Origin: Kayfunavirus LM33P1
Direction: 5' to 3' (one strand)
Length of the DNA: 38,979 nt
Sequence record: OZ035813.1
Every line of letters begins with the position of its first letter. The stretch's first letter is position 1. Below the pieces are notes generated by a model that saw only the letters and a list, made by a program, of their open reading frames with translations, searched no databases and was not told where the DNA came from. The position numbers and the translations under genes are program-made. Positions 35,501-38,979 of the stretch are shown piece after piece.

Positions 35501-36428
35501 CGTGGAGCATAGCCTGACTGGTAGTAAGCGTAAGTTCGATGACCGCTGGCTGAAGACCGCTGGTATCTCTGACGAGCAGTGGAAGGGCATTAAGTCCCTA
35601 ATCCGTGAGTCAGTGACTCGTGGTCCAGACGGGAAGTACACCATCAAGGATAAGAAGGCGTTCAGTCAGGACCCAAGGGCTATGGACCTCTGGCGTATGG
35701 GTGACACCATCGCTGACGAGACGTTACTCCGGCCTCATAAGCTGTCAAACATGGACGCCAAGGCTTATGGTCCTCTCGCTAAGACTGTCCTTCAGTTTAA
35801 GAACTTCGTCATCAAGTCTATCAATGGGAGAACCATGCGAACCTTCTATAACGCCACGAAGAACAACAGAGCGATTGACGCTGCACTGTCGACCGTGATG
35901 TCTATGGGTCTGGCTGGTATCTACTACATGGCTCAGGCGCATGTCAAGGCTTATGCTATGCAGGATGGTCGAGACCGTGACTACCTTAAGCAAGCTCTGG
36001 ACCCAACGATGATTGGCTATGCGGCCCTGTCCCGTAGTTCACATCTTGGTGGCCCACTTGGGGTAGCTAACATTCTGGGTGGAATCGCTGGGTATGAGGA
36101 CACTAAGATGCTCCGCTCGTCAATCCTTCCGCGCTCACCTACCGAGAAGACGGAGAAGCCAATCGCCTTTGGTGCTGCTTCCAGTGGTCCGGTAATGAAT
36201 GTGGTCGGCAACTTCCTTGAGCAGGTCCCGGCTTTCGGCTATGCTGCTAACGTTGGTGCTACGGCTTACAACTTGGCGGGATACCTCAAGGCTGATACCC
36301 GTGTCAACGAGCGAGACTACATGACCGGGATGTATAACACGTTCCGTGAACTTGTACCGAATGACCCGATTACCCAGAAGTTGCTGCTTGGAACGTTTGA
36401 GGAGCAGGGCATCCACATCAAGGACTAA
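32541..36428 (+). CDS. internal virion protein D (gp16) with divergent N-terminal domain
   Basis: about 1295 aa from ATG 32541; from about residue 200 onward close match to T7 gp16 (RSPTGMQSGASGK, MENPAMFG, NGDIAIMAGTGKTTK, FKNFVIKSINGRTMRTFY, GTFEEQG); first about 190 residues lack the T7 transglycosylase-like sequence. Confidence 0.9.
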   Translation: MATRGIRNNNPGNIRVSKDQWEGMTGDDGAFVTFDSPESGVRALGKNLLSYGRQGYDSIEKIINRWAPPNENDTKAYIDSVVAATGIPATQSLDLSDPDTLSSLAQAISFHETGSRYDPEVYQKGVARALNGISPKTPPVSANVFDALTEGLKAKPKVDLGENLPTAAGLNIEGQAPEAPNESFGEMFYKSTGETMQEREDRSTWFGFGSATEAEVKNSMVGVAIRAGQTEDSLDVIGDVFNPTRWNNHKWSREELDQIRNAGVLPQYYGVITGGSPQNLTELINLALENQKLDQEKAKAGIGAQLAAGVIGAGVDPLTYVPIAGQVGKGGKLVNKMFTVAAQSGALAGVSEMARTSVAGGDAHVAEAILGGALFGGGMTAIADGLGRALGRNTNEFAGPATRLEARETARNVDGQDLSRLPIQEGEQTFSHQGVKFADVPNEPGSVRLEDGSILIGENPLNPQTRKVFDEVIEPERAAAGVNLGGLTEIGLKLLRSENPEIRGVAADLVRSPTGMQSGASGKIGTTASDVFERLRAVDHRFYNDIDDAVTEALKDPYFQTAFWRDSGAFRQDIYQRVSMAIEDGSGNLKAELTPGELKVYDLLKNQFDAKREMMENPAMFGRPDAQSIFPGSRFKGTYVPHVYSNQMKELYIKELGSPEALQEAIKKSWLTSYASRPEVKKRVDEALLEADPTLTPEGLAAAVDKYANDKAYGISHTEQFERSSVMEENINGLVGLENNSFLEARNLFDSDMSIVLPNGQTFSVNNLREWDMDKIVPAYNRRVNGDIAIMAGTGKTTKDMKDLVETLMNKAGDDGKLKGEVSTLRDTLKILTGRARRDGADDAAFATVMRTMTDLSFFAKNAYMGVQNLTEIGGMLARGNVRAMLHGVPIFRDLAFRNKKVGASEIKDLHNVIFGKELDDSIRPSKQDVIDRLRSYSDLGRGTATALGTAKYYTGELAVRSPFTKVLNGTTNYLLDAGRQGFLSDIVEHSLTGSKRKFDDRWLKTAGISDEQWKGIKSLIRESVTRGPDGKYTIKDKKAFSQDPRAMDLWRMGDTIADETLLRPHKLSNMDAKAYGPLAKTVLQFKNFVIKSINGRTMRTFYNATKNNRAIDAALSTVMSMGLAGIYYMAQAHVKAYAMQDGRDRDYLKQALDPTMIGYAALSRSSHLGGPLGVANILGGIAGYEDTKMLRSSILPRSPTEKTEKPIAFGAASSGPVMNVVGNFLEQVPAFGYAANVGATAYNLAGYLKADTRVNERDYMTGMYNTFRELVPNDPITQKLLLGTFEEQGIHIKD

Positions 36429-36446
36429 ACTATCACTATAGGAAAC
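36424..36446 (+). promoter_or_regulatory. phage RNAP promoter (phi17-like)
   Basis: ACTAAACTATCACTATAGGAAAC; +1 at 36441. Confidence 0.75.
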
Positions 36447-36492
36447 TGGAGGCGCTACCATAGGTCTCCGTTTAAATCACAAAGGAGGCATA

Positions 36493-38673
36493 ATGTCCAC
36501 GATTACACAATTCCCTTCAGGAAACACTCAGTACAGGATAGAGTTCGACTACCTAGCCAGAACGTTTGTTGTTGTTACGCTGGTGAATAGCTCTAACCCT
36601 ACCCTGAACCGTGTACTGGAAGTTGGTCGAGATTACCGATTCCTTAATCCAACGATGATTGAGATGTTGGCTGACCAATCAGGTTTCGACATCGTTCGTA
36701 TTCACCGTCAGACTGGAACTGACTTAGTGGTAGACTTCAGGAATGGCTCAGTGTTGACAGCTAGTGACCTGACCAATTCAGAGCTTCAGGCTATCCATAT
36801 TGCAGAAGAAGGTCGAGACCAAACGGTTGACTTAGCGAAGGAATATGCCGATGCTGCTGGTAGCTCTGCTGGCAACGCTAAGGATAGCGAGGACGAATCA
36901 CGCCGAATCGCTGCGAGTATCAAGGCAGCTGGTAAAATTGGCTATATTACCCGTCGCTCCTTCGAGAAAGGCTTCAACGTTACAACATGGAACGAGGTCC
37001 TGCTATGGGAAGAGGATGGTGATTATTACCGCTGGGATGGTACGCTTCCAAAGAACGTTCCCGCTGGTTCAACTCCTGAATCATCTGGTGGTATTGGGCT
37101 GAGTGCGTGGGTTAGTGTTGGTGATGCGTCACTTAGAGCAAACCTGGCTGATAGTGATGGCGCTAAATACATAGGCAGTGGAGAAAGGACATTACTTGAG
37201 CACAACAATGATGTTTTGCACTCAAAAGACTTTCCAACACTGCAGGCAGCTATAGATGCATCTTTGCAAAAAAATGATCTACTGGTGTCTCCTGGCAATT
37301 ATACTGAAAAAGTTACTATTGGAAACGCGCAGTTAAAAGGTGTTGGCGGGGCCACGGTACTAAAAACTCCGGCAGACTTTACAAACACTGTTCAGGTTAA
37401 TTTAGCTACACCTCATTGGCAATTCCGCCATAGTGGTGGTTTTGCTATAGATGGTTCCGGGACAACCGGGGCCGTAGGTATTAGTTTTGACCCGTCAGAC
37501 CAATATTCCGGACGTCATAATTTTAGTGATGTATACATCCACAACATCAACAAGGCCATTCAGAAGCCTTCCGGGAACATCGGCAATACTTGGAGAAATA
37601 TTGGGATATCTACGTGTGATTGGGGGTATTACGCGATTAGTGGCTCAGAGATGCATTGCGGGGCCGATACCCTCTACAATATCCACTTCGATGGCATCTC
37701 CACCTATGCAGTCTATCTAGACGGCACTGTCGATAATGGCGGGGGGGGCGCATGGTGGCTTAAAGACTCCATTATTGAGGCTTCCGGAGGTGGCGGGATA
37801 TACTTAAAAAGTAAATCGGGCGACTGTCCTACATCTCCATGCGGGGTATCCAATATATGGATGGAAGCGATCGCAACATCACCGGCTGTTCAGGTAGACG
37901 GCGTGGCGCAAAAACCGCGAGTTCTCAAGTTGGTAGACACAGCGATATTCTTTGCTGAGTATTCTTATCTCAACAACATCGAGCTATCCAACTCCAACTT
38001 AGTAACTTATGGTTGCCGTTTTGACAACGCTGATGGCAATCAGGATATTGTCGTGGATGCACAAAGTACCATTGTAGCCCATGACGTGTATTTAAACGGC
38101 AGTTCTGGAAAGGACGTTATTGTGGAGTCCGTAGCATCGCAATCTGCAACGATAGCTGCCACAAACTTATCTCTGAGGGGCAACTTAACAAGAGGGAGAG
38201 TATTTAATACGCCGACAGGGAATAAATTAATGGCTATCACATTTGACTCAGGTAGCCATAATTTTTCTGGCAGCGGCACCGTTAACGGTTCGACTGTATC
38301 TGACGGACTTCACGCCGCTACATGTACCGAATTTTCATTCCCCGGAGCCGGTTTATATGAAATGGTAGCGACAAGAACAACCATTACATCCGGTAGATGG
38401 TACGTGTGGGGAGTTAACTCACGCCTACAATCTGGCTCGGCGGATATTAGTATAACGTCAGGTATTACCATGGGTAGTGTTTACACAAAGCCGGGGGAGT
38501 GGATTAGCACTTTCGGTGTAGGAAAGGCATCTACCACTGGCACTGTAGCGCTATACGTTTCCACAGGAGGAGGTTCGGGAGCTACGGTCAGATTCAGTGA
38601 CTTTTTCATCGCTGAGTTTACGACGCAAGCTCAGGCTTTAGCTTTCGCCAATTCAAGGATGTCGTTATCATAA
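36493..38673 (+). CDS. tail fiber / tailspike (gp17): T7-like N-terminal adaptor fused to beta-helix-like C-terminal domain
   Basis: 726 aa; N-terminus (EFDYLARTFVVVTL, DYRF, DFRNGSVLTASDL, IHIAEEGRDQTVD) matches the T7 gp17 N-terminal domain; remainder is rich in G/N/S/T repeats typical of parallel beta-helix tailspikes and has a different base composition. Confidence 0.9.
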   Translation: MSTITQFPSGNTQYRIEFDYLARTFVVVTLVNSSNPTLNRVLEVGRDYRFLNPTMIEMLADQSGFDIVRIHRQTGTDLVVDFRNGSVLTASDLTNSELQAIHIAEEGRDQTVDLAKEYADAAGSSAGNAKDSEDESRRIAASIKAAGKIGYITRRSFEKGFNVTTWNEVLLWEEDGDYYRWDGTLPKNVPAGSTPESSGGIGLSAWVSVGDASLRANLADSDGAKYIGSGERTLLEHNNDVLHSKDFPTLQAAIDASLQKNDLLVSPGNYTEKVTIGNAQLKGVGGATVLKTPADFTNTVQVNLATPHWQFRHSGGFAIDGSGTTGAVGISFDPSDQYSGRHNFSDVYIHNINKAIQKPSGNIGNTWRNIGISTCDWGYYAISGSEMHCGADTLYNIHFDGISTYAVYLDGTVDNGGGGAWWLKDSIIEASGGGGIYLKSKSGDCPTSPCGVSNIWMEAIATSPAVQVDGVAQKPRVLKLVDTAIFFAEYSYLNNIELSNSNLVTYGCRFDNADGNQDIVVDAQSTIVAHDVYLNGSSGKDVIVESVASQSATIAATNLSLRGNLTRGRVFNTPTGNKLMAITFDSGSHNFSGSGTVNGSTVSDGLHAATCTEFSFPGAGLYEMVATRTTITSGRWYVWGVNSRLQSGSADISITSGITMGSVYTKPGEWISTFGVGKASTTGTVALYVSTGGGSGATVRFSDFFIAEFTTQAQALAFANSRMSLS

Positions 38674-38817
38674 AAACAACCTCAGCCGAATCGGGTTATT
38701 TATCATCAGAACGGTATTGAATCATCGAAGGTTGTGGAGGTAGAGGCTAACTACACGTTGACCAACGTATGATAACAACTTTGGGTCACGGACGACCCGC
38801 TTTAAACTGGAGGTTTT

Positions 38818-38979
38818 ATGATTGAGTTAGACTTCAAGAATGAGGTCCTCAAAGCCTCGCCTATCGTCGGGACCGCTGCGGCTGATGGTGCCAGTCGGTT
38901 CTTCTTTGGGCTAACGCTCAACGAATGGTTCTACGTCGCTGCTATCGCGTACACCGTGGTGCAGATTGGCGTCCTAATT
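38818..38979 (+). CDS. holin (gp17.5), 3' end runs off the window
   Basis: MIELDFKNEVLKASPIVGTAAADGASRFFFGLTLNEWFYVAAIAYTVVQIG closely matches T7 holin; ORF is still open at the last base and stays in frame into bases 1-33 if the window is circularly joined. Confidence 0.8.
   Translation, partial: MIELDFKNEVLKASPIVGTAAADGASRFFFGLTLNEWFYVAAIAYTVVQIGVLI

Overview
This 38,979-bp window reads as one complete, circularly permuted genome of a T7-like podophage (Autographiviridae, T7/T3 gene order). All credible genes are on the + strand. The window starts inside the holin gene (17.5), whose ORF is completed by bases 1-33 if the window end is joined to its start. It then runs through spanin and terminase genes 18-19 and crosses the predicted physical genome ends (about 3.2-3.7 kb: terminal-repeat-like sequence, short repeat arrays, host sigma70 promoters). 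Next come the early region (Ocr-like anti-restriction protein plus small unknown ORFs, no recognisable gp0.7 kinase), the single-subunit RNA polymerase, the DNA metabolism genes and the late structural block ending in a tail fiber/tailspike. Eleven phage promoters share the consensus TAAACTATCACTATAGGGAGA. Content that departs from T7 as I recall it: an extra first early ORF and a C-terminally extended Ocr, two small ORFs after the RNAP gene, a 163-aa insert between endonuclease I and lysozyme, a tRNA-like element before the primase-helicase gene, a DUF3850/ASCH-like gene between the tail tubular genes, a divergent gp16 N-terminus, and a compositionally distinct beta-helix C-terminus on the tailspike. 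All homology statements rest on reading the ORF translations against remembered T7 proteins; no database search was run.
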